The position numbers and the translations under genes are program-made. Under the pieces are notes generated by a model. It did not search any database. It had not been told where the DNA came from and saw only the letters and a list, made by a program, of their open reading frames with translations. Source: Bacteroidia bacterium (GTDB lineage: Bacteria; Bacteroidota; Bacteroidia; UKL13-3). From it: a stretch of DNA of 64,000 nt. The stretch is from NCBI GenBank assembly GCA_044239605.1, contig JBIIBC010000005.1, positions 32,424 to 96,423 of the forward strand, given 5' to 3'. Below are positions 28,446 to 37,696 of this stretch, piece by piece. The number at the start of each line of letters is the position of its first letter. The stretch's first letter is position 1.

Positions 28446-30095
28446 ATGAAAAAAATAAGATCAATAATTATTGTAGTACTTACTACTACATTAAAATTAT
28501 CAGCCCAAAGTAATGCTGTTAACGATGATTTTACAAACAATAATACAAAACTTATAGAGCGCAAAGTGAATAGTGTAGTTAGCAATGTAACTGTTTTTAA
28601 TAGCCAAGCACAAGTCACTAGGATAGCGAAATTAAATTTTGAAGGGAGTGGTATTTTTAATATTGTTTTCGACAAACTTTCGCCTTATATAAATATAAAC
28701 AGTATAGAGGCTAAAGCCGATGCTCGAATAACTATTTTATCGGTTAGCAATAGAAATAATTATATGAACAAAGACGAAAAGCCTGATGAAATAATTTTAT
28801 TGGAAGATTCATTAGTTAAAATAAATACAGAGTTAGACGATTATAAAGCCGATAAAGAAACCATTGTTCACCAAAAAGAATTGATGTTAGCCAACAAAAA
28901 TGTTTTCAGTAATCAAGTGGGCGTTAAGGCCGATGAATTAGACGATTTAATGGAATTATACAAAAAGAAATTGGATGATTTTAAAGTAAATTGGTTCAGG
29001 TTAATACGTTTGGAGGAAAAATATAACAAAGCGAAATTAAGTATTGAGCAACAATTGGCAGCTTATAACAACGGCAAACTAACTTTAAACAATGAAGTAA
29101 TTTTAACCGTTAAAGTAGAAAATAGTTTGCAAAATGCACAAGTAGAGTTAACTTATTTGGTTGGAAATGTAAGTTGGTCACCCTATTACGACATACGTGT
29201 AAAAGATAATAAAAGTGATGTGCAATTCTTTTTAAAGGCTAATATTTACCAAAGTACTGGCGAAGATTGGAACAATGTGAAATTAAAACTAACCACAGCC
29301 AATCCTGCTGAAGGAGGCGTAAAACCTGATTTACAAACCAATTGGTTAGGGTTTGAAATAATTAGAAATGATGCTTCTGTCACAGAAATCAAATCAAGAG
29401 GTTCTCGTCCTGAAGGAAGTGCTTATTACATTGATGGTGTTAGATTATTAGCAGATAAGGCAACACCTAAATCAAAGGTTTCACAAAACATGTTCAATAC
29501 AGAGTTCGAAACCAATATAGCTTATTCTATTCCAAGCGATAACCAAAACCACCAAGTGGATTTAACCAGTTTTGCGCAAAGTGCTGTTTATGGTTATTCG
29601 GTAGTTCCAAAACTGAACAAAGAAGTGTTTGTAACTGCGCAAGTCTTAGCCAACGAATTAATCAATCAAATTAGTGGTGAAGCCAATGTATATTACGATG
29701 GTACTTTTACTGGTAAAACAATGATTAGTCCAACTGCAAACGATACTTTATTACTTACTTTAGGTAAAGACAAACGAATTCAGGTAGAAAGAAAAAAATT
29801 AAAGGAGTTTTGCTTTAATTCGTTTTTTGGAGGTACCAAAACCGAAAGTATAACATGGGAAATTACCATTAAAAATACGCGTAAAGAAGCAGTTACATTA
29901 ACCATTGAAGATCAAATTCCGGTAAGCACTGACAAAGAAATTGAAGTAAAACTAACCGATAAAGGAAATGCTACTTTAGATGAAGCAACAGGTAAGTTAA
30001 CTTGGAAATTAGATTTAGCACCTGAAAAAAGTCAAATAATCAAATTTAGCTTTGAAGTTAAACATCCTAAAGACAAACCGTTAACAGGATACTAA
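28446..30095 (+). CDS. DUF4139 / mucoidy-inhibitor MuiA-like secreted protein
   Basis: It has a signal peptide, an N-terminal DUF4140-like beta region, a central coiled coil and a C-terminal DUF4139-like region (SWSPYYDIRV, ITIKNTRKEAVTLTIEDQIPVS). Confidence 0.65.
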   Translation: MKKIRSIIIVVLTTTLKLSAQSNAVNDDFTNNNTKLIERKVNSVVSNVTVFNSQAQVTRIAKLNFEGSGIFNIVFDKLSPYININSIEAKADARITILSVSNRNNYMNKDEKPDEIILLEDSLVKINTELDDYKADKETIVHQKELMLANKNVFSNQVGVKADELDDLMELYKKKLDDFKVNWFRLIRLEEKYNKAKLSIEQQLAAYNNGKLTLNNEVILTVKVENSLQNAQVELTYLVGNVSWSPYYDIRVKDNKSDVQFFLKANIYQSTGEDWNNVKLKLTTANPAEGGVKPDLQTNWLGFEIIRNDASVTEIKSRGSRPEGSAYYIDGVRLLADKATPKSKVSQNMFNTEFETNIAYSIPSDNQNHQVDLTSFAQSAVYGYSVVPKLNKEVFVTAQVLANELINQISGEANVYYDGTFTGKTMISPTANDTLLLTLGKDKRIQVERKKLKEFCFNSFFGGTKTESITWEITIKNTRKEAVTLTIEDQIPVSTDKEIEVKLTDKGNATLDEATGKLTWKLDLAPEKSQIIKFSFEVKHPKDKPLTGY

Positions 30096-30191
30096 TTTTT
30101 ATTACTTAGAGCTTTCTATTGCTTTCCGTGGGATGCAGTTGTTGTGTCTCCTGACAAACAACAGCAGCTACGAATAATCTACAAATCACAA

Positions 30192-31211
30192 TTACAAACT
30201 CAACAAAAACGCAATAGTATCTAAATTATCAGCATAATCCCAAAGTTCAGGTTGTTGCGTTTTTCCAAATGGAATATTATAACCTAAATCTATTTTACTT
30301 ACCACACATTGTATTTCGTCTTTACGCGCTTCAAGAGTAGCTTTTACTTCATCCAAATTTTCATAATACTCGTAAAATAAACTTGCCAAAGGCGATGCCA
30401 TGGCTTTATCTTCTTTTAAATTAATCAGTCCATTTTCTAAAAAATCATCCTGGTTCAATAACCAAATTGATTTATGGTACATTAAGTTATTGCCATATTT
30501 ATTGTGTTTTAAATACTCATCGTAATCGTGGGTATTTTCAAAAAACAAAGCCATATCAAAACCTTTTGGTAAGTATAATTTGCTTACGTTTCTACAACCT
30601 AAACCAAAATAAGTAAAAATATCTTTGGCTAAAAGTTTCATTTCTTCATCGGTTTCGTGGCCAGTTAAAACTGCTACACTGTTGCGATTTTTACGTAAAA
30701 TATTAGGAAACTTACTAAAGTAATATTCAAAATATCGGTTGCTATTATTGCTACCTGTGGCTATTACAGCATCATAATTATTTTCTAGTTTTTCATCGTC
30801 TTTAAGCAGTTTAATTTTATCGGCAAAAGCAGGTTCAATTTGCATTAAAGCCGCAACAATAAACTTGGGTAAAATTTTATCATCGCTACTTAATTTAACT
30901 ATGGCTTTATGTCCGCAAAGCAAAACACAAATTAAATCATGTAAACCAACTAAAGGAATATTACCGGCCATTACTATGGCTACTGTTTTTTCGTTTACTG
31001 GTTTTTCAAAATCATATTTTTCAATCCATTGGTTCATTTTATGCTCACTTAAAGCATCGGCCCAAGCTTGTAAAGCAAGGCGTTGGCTTTCTTCGGTAAA
31101 CCAATTGTTATATAAATAGGCTTCAACTATGGCCTTATGTGCATTATTAGCAGCATCTTGTAAAAAATTTCCTAGTTGAATAAAAGCTTGTACACGTTGT
31201 TGAAAAGTCAT
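30192..31211 (-). CDS. acyl-CoA reductase (LuxC-like) family protein
   Basis: 339 aa. My recognition rests on general resemblance to the conserved Bacteroidota LuxC-like family (AIVMAGNIPLVGLHD, GLGCRNVSKLY). Confidence 0.6.
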   Translation of the reverse strand: MTFQQRVQAFIQLGNFLQDAANNAHKAIVEAYLYNNWFTEESQRLALQAWADALSEHKMNQWIEKYDFEKPVNEKTVAIVMAGNIPLVGLHDLICVLLCGHKAIVKLSSDDKILPKFIVAALMQIEPAFADKIKLLKDDEKLENNYDAVIATGSNNSNRYFEYYFSKFPNILRKNRNSVAVLTGHETDEEMKLLAKDIFTYFGLGCRNVSKLYLPKGFDMALFFENTHDYDEYLKHNKYGNNLMYHKSIWLLNQDDFLENGLINLKEDKAMASPLASLFYEYYENLDEVKATLEARKDEIQCVVSKIDLGYNIPFGKTQQPELWDYADNLDTIAFLLSL

Positions 31212-31310
31212 GTTATTTAGAACGATTCTATTTTTAGATTTGAGAGAACAAAACTAATCTTGCAGTAGTTAAATACAATAGAAAAAACAAAAATTAATTT
31301 ATAACATATT

Positions 31311-31655
31311 ATGGCAATAATGATAACTGACGAATGCATTAACTGTGGTGCATGCGAACCTGAATGTCCAAACAATGCAATTTACGAATCAGGAGCTGAG
31401 TGGGCTTGGAAAGATGGAAATAGTTTAAGTGGAAGTGTTGATATTGATGGCGAAACGGTTGAAGCAAGTTCACGTTTTGCTCCTAAATCAGACGATACTT
31501 ATTACATTGTAACTGGCAAATGTACGGAGTGTGTTGGTTTCCATGAGGAACCTCAATGTGCTGCTGTTTGCCCTGTTGATTGCTGCTTACCTGATCCTGA
31601 TAACGTAGAAACACAAGAACGTTTATTAGAAAAGAAACACAGAATGCATTTATAA
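31311..31655 (+). CDS. 4Fe-4S ferredoxin
   Basis: [12 protein letters not shown] and [21 protein letters not shown] cluster motifs are present. Confidence 0.9.
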   Translation: MAIMITDECINCGACEPECPNNAIYESGAEWAWKDGNSLSGSVDIDGETVEASSRFAPKSDDTYYIVTGKCTECVGFHEEPQCAAVCPVDCCLPDPDNVETQERLLEKKHRMHL

Positions 31656-31680
31656 TCAATTGAATGTATATTTAATATAA

Positions 31681-31713
31681 AACGGCTACTTTTTTTAAGT
31701 GGCCGTTTTTTTT
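31681..31713 (+). terminator. Rho-independent terminator
   Basis: A 9-bp stem AACGGCTAC/GTGGCCGTT (one G-U pair) is followed by a T8 run. Confidence 0.8.
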
Positions 31714-31800
31714 GTAGTATTAAATTTACAAAAAGAATGTGTTGGTTTTATATTTTTTTATATTATTGCAGACTTTAAATAATAAAAAAATCAACTCGTA

Positions 31801-32268
31801 ATGAAAAAACACCTACTTGTATTTTTAATGTTAGCTTTTATAGTAAGCTGCGATGAAACACCTACTGCTAGTAGTGAAATTAAGGCTAATGTTCCCCATC
31901 AATTTAAAGATCCTTATATAAAAATGCTTGACCTATGTGGCGATTGGGAAGTAATTTTTAAAGTACATAAAATTAATAACAAGCGCCATACCGAAAAAGT
32001 AATAAAGGAAAAATGGAAAATTAAGCATGAAAGTAACAGGATTATTTTAAATGTATTATCTGGAAATACTAAAGGTTGGAGTACAGTAAAACGTTTTGAA
32101 GGTGAGATTACTGGAGATAAACTCACAGTTGAAGGTGAAAATTTAAATGTATTTACAATGTATGAAATAAATATACTAAACGAAAAGGAATTAAACGGAA
32201 TAAAAAACGTTATTTTTCCTGATCCTGCAAGCGTGGACTATAAATTTACAGCAGTTAAAGTTAATTAA
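31801..32268 (+). CDS. hypothetical lipoprotein
   Basis: It has a lipobox-like LAFIVSC motif. I recognise no family. Confidence 0.4.
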   Translation: MKKHLLVFLMLAFIVSCDETPTASSEIKANVPHQFKDPYIKMLDLCGDWEVIFKVHKINNKRHTEKVIKEKWKIKHESNRIILNVLSGNTKGWSTVKRFEGEITGDKLTVEGENLNVFTMYEINILNEKELNGIKNVIFPDPASVDYKFTAVKVN

Positions 32269-32313
32269 TAACTCTTCGATATTAATAAATTCGTTTTTAA
32301 ATTTATTTAGTTG

Positions 32314-33090
32314 ATGGGAAAATTTGGCTTGGTTTTATCTGGTGGAGGAGCAAGAGGATTTGCACATCTAGGAGTAATTAAGGCCTTAGAGGAGGTGGAT
32401 ATTATTCCAAGCATTATTTCAGGAACCAGCGCAGGTGCAATTGTAGCTGCTTTTTATGCTGCTGGTTTTAATCCTGAAGAAATTATAGAAATAGCATTAC
32501 AAGGTAATTTTTTTAGCTTTTCTAATTTGTTATTAAATAAATCTGGTTTATTTAAAATGCAATCGTTTGAAAAAATTTACAAAACTCATTTCAAACAAAA
32601 CTTAATTGAAAAATTACCCATACCGATTTGTATTACAGCTACTGATATCATTAAAGGTAAATCAAAATATTTCACAAGTGGAAGTATATCAAAAGCACTT
32701 TTAGCATCATCTTGTTTGCCTATGGTATTTGAACCAATAAAATATAATGATACATTATATTTAGATGGAGGAATTTTAAATAATTTACCTGTTGAGCCAG
32801 TTATTGGAAAGTGTGATTTTATTATTGGTGTACATACCAATGAAATGAGTTTAAAAGCTGAAAATTTTCATATGAAAGATATTTTGGATAGAAGTTTTCA
32901 CTTAGCCATGAGTAAGACAGTATATGATAAAATACACTTGTGCGATTTATTTATTGAACCACCCGAAATGAGTAAATATGGTTTATTTGATGTGAAGAAA
33001 GCTGAAGAAATATTTTTATTTGCTTATCAATACACCAAAGAGTTTTTACAAACGAAGGAAGTATTTGAAAAAATAGAAGATTTAATATAA
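32314..33090 (+). CDS. patatin-like phospholipase
   Basis: It has the GGGARG oxyanion motif, the GTSAG nucleophile motif and the DGG catalytic Asp motif. I took the ATG at 32314 rather than the TTG at 32311. Confidence 0.9.
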   Translation: MGKFGLVLSGGGARGFAHLGVIKALEEVDIIPSIISGTSAGAIVAAFYAAGFNPEEIIEIALQGNFFSFSNLLLNKSGLFKMQSFEKIYKTHFKQNLIEKLPIPICITATDIIKGKSKYFTSGSISKALLASSCLPMVFEPIKYNDTLYLDGGILNNLPVEPVIGKCDFIIGVHTNEMSLKAENFHMKDILDRSFHLAMSKTVYDKIHLCDLFIEPPEMSKYGLFDVKKAEEIFLFAYQYTKEFLQTKEVFEKIEDLI

Positions 33091-33343
33091 TGAAATTAGA
33101 CTATTTAGTTGAATTGAATTCAGCATTTTAAATTAAGAATTAAGCGAAAATATAAACACCTACTTAATTTTTTTTTTTGACAAAATGAGATTCAACAAAT
33201 GGCTAAACATTATAGTCAAGAATGAAGATTTTACCAACTTATTAAGATATGAATGAGTTGTTGTTTGGAGTTTACTAAAACCAATGAAATAAATTTGTTA
33301 AAACCTTAGTTGAAAAAAAAGATATTTGTTCAAAACTTACTAA

Positions 33344-33805
33344 ATGAAAAACATTTCAAAAAAAGATATTTTCTTTGTTGGTAACCAATTGGTTTTATTC
33401 CTAATTTATTTAATATCTACTCCTGCCTATCCACTAAAATATGATAGCAAAATAGCAGAGAATATCTTTTTTATTATAACTCTAGTAGGCATTTTATTAA
33501 TTGGGATTTCATTGCTTTTGCTCAACAAAAATTTAACACCTTTTCCTACCCCAAAACAAGATAGTGAATTAATAAAAACTGGAGTTTATAAAATTATACG
33601 TCATCCAATATACACTGGTTTAATACTGACTACATTTTTTTATGCGCTTTATTCACACAGTTTAGTAAAGATAGTCATAGCAATTATACTTTTTATATTG
33701 TTTTACTTTAAATCAAAATATGAAGAAATTTTATTGTGTGATAAGTTTCCTGAATATAATAATTATATAAAAAAAACATATAGATTTTTTCCTTTTATTA
33801 TTTAA
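33344..33805 (+). CDS. isoprenylcysteine carboxyl methyltransferase (ICMT)-family membrane methyltransferase
   Basis: The protein is multi-TM and carries the GVYKIIRHPIYTG motif. Confidence 0.7.
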   Translation: MKNISKKDIFFVGNQLVLFLIYLISTPAYPLKYDSKIAENIFFIITLVGILLIGISLLLLNKNLTPFPTPKQDSELIKTGVYKIIRHPIYTGLILTTFFYALYSHSLVKIVIAIILFILFYFKSKYEEILLCDKFPEYNNYIKKTYRFFPFII

Positions 33806-33816
33806 TTCCTTTATAC

Positions 33817-33845
33817 AAAAAGAGCCGTAAAAACGGCTTTTTTTG
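33817..33845. terminator. bidirectional terminator between convergent genes
   Basis: The stem AGCCGT/ACGGCT has an AAAA loop, with an A-run before it and a T-run after it. Confidence 0.75.
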
Positions 33846-33860
33846 TATAACTATAATTCA

Positions 33861-34472
33861 TTATTTTATTAAGGACAAACCTTCTAACGAAGAAGTATCA
33901 TTTGGTGCTAATAATAAAACTCTATTAAATAATTGTTTTGCTTCCTTATGTTTACTTAACCTGTAATTTGTCCACGCTAACATATGCAAACCATCATAAG
34001 TAAATGGATATAAATTAACCAATAATGTAAAACATTTATGTGCTTTTTCAAATAGTTTTCCATTGTAATAAATCACGCCTAAAGCATATAATGCAAAACT
34101 ATTATTGGGATCTAGTTTTAAAACAGCTTGGTATTGAAAAACTACCTCATCCCATTCGTTTAAAACTGATAATGGATAAATATAGCCAAACTTTGCTTCA
34201 AGCGAAAAAGGCATTAATTCCATAGCTATTTTATAATATTGTTTTGATTCTTTTTGTAAACCAGCACAATAATTTAGCCAACCAAGTCGCAAATTAATTT
34301 CGTATGATGATGGGCTGTAAACTTCCATCATTTTACTTATGGCAGTTGTGTAATTACTTTTGTTTTCAAACCCTAAGCTAGAAGCAAAAGCAGTTTTAAC
34401 TTTATCATCTTGCGCATGGGCAAATCCGATAATAGTTATTGTAATAAAAATGGATAAAATTGATTTTTTCAT
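33861..34472 (-). CDS. secreted TPR-repeat protein (last gene of cluster)
   Basis: It has a signal peptide (MKKSILSIFITITIIGFAHAQ) and TPR-like repeats (YYKIAMELMP, AVLKLDPNNSFALYALGVIYY). Its start lies 1 nt after the stop of the upstream gene. Confidence 0.6.
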   Translation of the reverse strand: MKKSILSIFITITIIGFAHAQDDKVKTAFASSLGFENKSNYTTAISKMMEVYSPSSYEINLRLGWLNYCAGLQKESKQYYKIAMELMPFSLEAKFGYIYPLSVLNEWDEVVFQYQAVLKLDPNNSFALYALGVIYYNGKLFEKAHKCFTLLVNLYPFTYDGLHMLAWTNYRLSKHKEAKQLFNRVLLLAPNDTSSLEGLSLIK

Positions 34473-34473
34473 A

Positions 34474-35367
34474 TTATAAATTGTATTTGATTCCTAAAAA
34501 AATAGAGTTAAAGTGATAATCTGTTTTTGATAAGTTATATTGTTTTCTTTCAAATTGATAAACACCAAACAGATATAAATTATTAGCAAATTCGTACCTT
34601 AAATTAATATTTGTTCTATCGTAAGATTTATCAATAGAGTTATAAATTACAAATCCATTTTGGTCACTATAATTTACTTCATTAGTATAAAAATAATCAG
34701 CACTTATATAAACTTCCTCGGTAATAGCAAAACTAACAGATGGCTTATAAAAGGTACTAGCATTACCATTATTTATAAAATGATATAGACCAAAGCTAAA
34801 AACTAATGCTTCATTATTTTTTGTATCAAATAACACCTCCCCACCTACCTGAAATTGATTTTGTTTTTCAGATAAATTATTAAGATTGCTATAAGCAATT
34901 AACGGTTTAATATATAATTTTTTAAAAGCTACCGTTGCATGCAATAAACCTAAATAATTATTGTTATTAATTATTGAATTTGTAATGCGCGCCCTGCTAT
35001 TTAAATAGGAACCAGCAAAACCTAATTTTAACTTACCATTTACTTTGTATTCAAAATTGGCATAATATCCTGACTGGCTAACATTTCCCCAAAAATTATC
35101 TTGACTCAAATAATTGTAAGAATGGAATAGCGTTAGCTTCTTCCTAAGTTGGTGTCGCAAACCTATCAAACCCATATGCAAACTGCCAATGGTATCCATA
35201 TTGCTACTCCATTTAACCCCTGATTCAACATATATTTGATTAAATAAATTAGTTTTTCCTAGCCTTGCTATTCCAGTTGGTTTTATGAAACTACCATTTA
35301 AATTTACCTCATTCGCCATAATAGGTTCAAGGTATAAAAACATTATTACTATTATTATACTTCGCAT
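34474..35367 (-). CDS. putative outer-membrane beta-barrel protein
   Basis: The N-terminus is hydrophobic and the sequence is rich in alternating aromatic/polar beta-strand patterns throughout (YHFINNG, YLFGVYQFE, IFLGIKYNL). It overlaps the upstream gene by 13 nt. Confidence 0.45.
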   Translation of the reverse strand: MRSIIIVIMFLYLEPIMANEVNLNGSFIKPTGIARLGKTNLFNQIYVESGVKWSSNMDTIGSLHMGLIGLRHQLRKKLTLFHSYNYLSQDNFWGNVSQSGYYANFEYKVNGKLKLGFAGSYLNSRARITNSIINNNNYLGLLHATVAFKKLYIKPLIAYSNLNNLSEKQNQFQVGGEVLFDTKNNEALVFSFGLYHFINNGNASTFYKPSVSFAITEEVYISADYFYTNEVNYSDQNGFVIYNSIDKSYDRTNINLRYEFANNLYLFGVYQFERKQYNLSKTDYHFNSIFLGIKYNL

Positions 35368-37556
35368 GTTGCCTCAAATTTAACACCATTAATAGTTGAT
35401 TCGAATAGATGTATTTTAGCATCTGACAAGGTAATTGTACTTGTTAAATGTTTATTAACCATAAAGGCAGATTTTAGATTGATATTGCTCTGTAATACAA
35501 TTTTTCTCGTATACAAATAATCATCAATTGAAAAATATGTTAACCTGTATTCTGCTTTAAGTAAATTTTTAAAAGGTAAAATAAAATCATTCGCAAGCCT
35601 ACTCAAAGGTTTGAAAACATCATATATTGGCAATGAATCACTTATAACCATATCCTGATAATAGCTAAACAATATTTTATGAGCATTAATATAAAAACTA
35701 TATAGTAAACTATTTTTATTCCCTTCAAATGAAGTGAAATAAAATTGATGACTATCAATACAAAACCAAGCTGTTGAGTTAGTGTTGTAACAATATATAT
35801 AAGAGTAATTATTAATATCGGTAAATACTTCCCATTTTACTAACTCCGATTTTCCGTTTTCGAATTTTAAATCCCAATTCAATTTTTTTCCTGGAATAAA
35901 GTAAAAGGCGCTTTTCAGTAATGAATTAATTGTGGCATTAGCTACAATATCATTCTCTTTCGGAATACCATTACTGTAATAAACGTATTTATCATTCTCC
36001 TTTACTATATAATTACTTAATGGATATTTTATAGTAGTTGCGGCTAAAACTGCTGTACTTTGAAGCTGAAAATGAAGGTGTGGCTCTGGAGAACGACCTG
36101 AACTCCCATTGCTAGCCAAAACCTGACCTTTGTATATATAATCGTTTATAGCCACTTTGAAACTTTCCTTTTTAATATGGCTAATTTTACTGTACAGAAA
36201 TTCTGCATGTTTAATGATTATAGTGTTACCCCAATTTTGTTGTAAATTAACATCACCAATTAAATTATCATCAATACCATCAATAATATCAACTACATAT
36301 CCATCTGCAGGAGCCAAAATGGGTAATGTGTAGCAATAATAATCTTCTAGATTTGTTCCAGGTAATCTAAATGTTTTTAATTCATCATCCTTAATAACAA
36401 AATCCCAAGCATATTGATATTCATTTTTATGGGTAATATTTCCATTTTGTCCTTGCGAAATATACCACTCTCCATAAAATGGCAAACCTATTTTCAGATA
36501 AACCTCATCATTAAACCTTGCTTTTTCATTTAGGTATCTGTACAAATTTTTTTCTGGAGAAAATAATTGAACTTGAGTTAATTTAAGTTTATCAGCCTTC
36601 ACTCTATTGTATAAAAAGTAAAGAACCATTATAACCATTATATTGAAAGGTAATGACAAAACAGGCAATCCAAAAGAACCTAAAATAGTAGCTGAAGCTG
36701 CAATAATCATTGAAATTATGGGCGCGGCAACAATAACCAATAAAAATGAATATGAATTTGATAACAAAAAATACCCACCAATGGCTATAGCAGCTAAAAT
36801 AAAATTGAAACCTATGTAGGTATAGTTAATAAGGCCAATATTACCTTGAAGTAAAATAAAAAAATAGTATCCACTCAAAAAACCTACTAAAGAAAGCATA
36901 AATGCAATTCGTGAGAAAATTAATAAGCCAATTACGATTAAAATCCCTGCAACAATATTATATTGAAAAATAATTGCCCCTAATGATTTTAAATATACAT
37001 CAATGATTTGAGGTAATTCAATATTATCGTAGAAATGATATGCATTCACCATATCGCTCCCTCCTAGTTTCATTAAGTCATTATAAATAAAAATACTACT
37101 ATCGCTATCTATTAATGATGTAAAATGTGGAGTAGCCAAAATTATTAACCAAACAGTAAACAGGAATGGTAAACTTAAAAATGGTAATTTTTTATTGGCT
37201 TGAAGTCCAGCAATAACAATGGTTAACACGAAACATAAAAAACTAGCAAATGCTGAAAATAATAACAATTGCCAACTTGGTGCATAAGTATAACCTATAA
37301 ACAAACCAACCAATAAACTATTAAAACCATAATAACCTTTTTGAATAAAATGATGGTTATAATTTAAAATATTGGCGAAAAAATTAGTTAGAACAACTGA
37401 TAACAAACCAAACAAACCAACATAAATATTAATAAATGAGGCCAAAATAACCAAGGAAGCAAGCCAATAACTATCAGCCAAAAATAGTTGAGAGTAACTA
37501 TTTACCAATCCCTGGGTATATAAATTAAAATAATATGATAACTTGGCTTTGTTCAA
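35355..37556 (-). CDS. fusion protein: urea-transporter (UT)-like 10-TM domain + M23 peptidase domain + about 230-aa C-terminal domain of unknown function
   Basis: UT-like motifs are SQLFLADSYWLASLVILASF and KGYYGFNSLLVGLFIG, with a second repeat half. The M23 region is GNTIIIKH...GQVLASNGSSGRSPEPHLHFQ. The TTG start follows directly after an in-frame stop. Confidence 0.65.
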   Translation of the reverse strand: MNKAKLSYYFNLYTQGLVNSYSQLFLADSYWLASLVILASFINIYVGLFGLLSVVLTNFFANILNYNHHFIQKGYYGFNSLLVGLFIGYTYAPSWQLLLFSAFASFLCFVLTIVIAGLQANKKLPFLSLPFLFTVWLIILATPHFTSLIDSDSSIFIYNDLMKLGGSDMVNAYHFYDNIELPQIIDVYLKSLGAIIFQYNIVAGILIVIGLLIFSRIAFMLSLVGFLSGYYFFILLQGNIGLINYTYIGFNFILAAIAIGGYFLLSNSYSFLLVIVAAPIISMIIAASATILGSFGLPVLSLPFNIMVIMVLYFLYNRVKADKLKLTQVQLFSPEKNLYRYLNEKARFNDEVYLKIGLPFYGEWYISQGQNGNITHKNEYQYAWDFVIKDDELKTFRLPGTNLEDYYCYTLPILAPADGYVVDIIDGIDDNLIGDVNLQQNWGNTIIIKHAEFLYSKISHIKKESFKVAINDYIYKGQVLASNGSSGRSPEPHLHFQLQSTAVLAATTIKYPLSNYIVKENDKYVYYSNGIPKENDIVANATINSLLKSAFYFIPGKKLNWDLKFENGKSELVKWEVFTDINNYSYIYCYNTNSTAWFCIDSHQFYFTSFEGNKNSLLYSFYINAHKILFSYYQDMVISDSLPIYDVFKPLSRLANDFILPFKNLLKAEYRLTYFSIDDYLYTRKIVLQSNINLKSAFMVNKHLTSTITLSDAKIHLFESTINGVKFEATCEV

Positions 37557-37629
37557 CTTTTAGTTTTACGATTAAAATAAAAAATACATTTGGCTAGTAT
37601 TAACATTTCATCATTAATAGAAACAGTCC

Positions 37630-37674
37630 TTTATAAAAAAGATGTCGAACTTAATAAAAAAGTTCAACATCTTT
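37630..37674 (-). terminator. terminator-like hairpin between decarboxylase gene and UT-M23 gene
   Basis: A 13-bp stem AAAGATGTTGAAC/GTTCGACATCTTT (one G-U pair, minus-strand sense) is followed by a T-rich tract. It may attenuate rather than fully terminate. Confidence 0.5.
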
Positions 37675-37696
37675 TGTGATTATTTATCTAAATAAA

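Noticed and set aside
28349-28675. 108-aa minus-strand ORF overlapping the DUF4139 gene start
   Set aside because: It is antisense to the signal-peptide region and promoter of a credible gene, and it has no motifs.
32314-33090. Patatin-like phospholipase as a CBASS-type defence effector
   Set aside because: No cyclase/nucleotidyltransferase, E1/E2-like or other CBASS component is adjacent. The neighbours are a lipoprotein and an ICMT-like methyltransferase.
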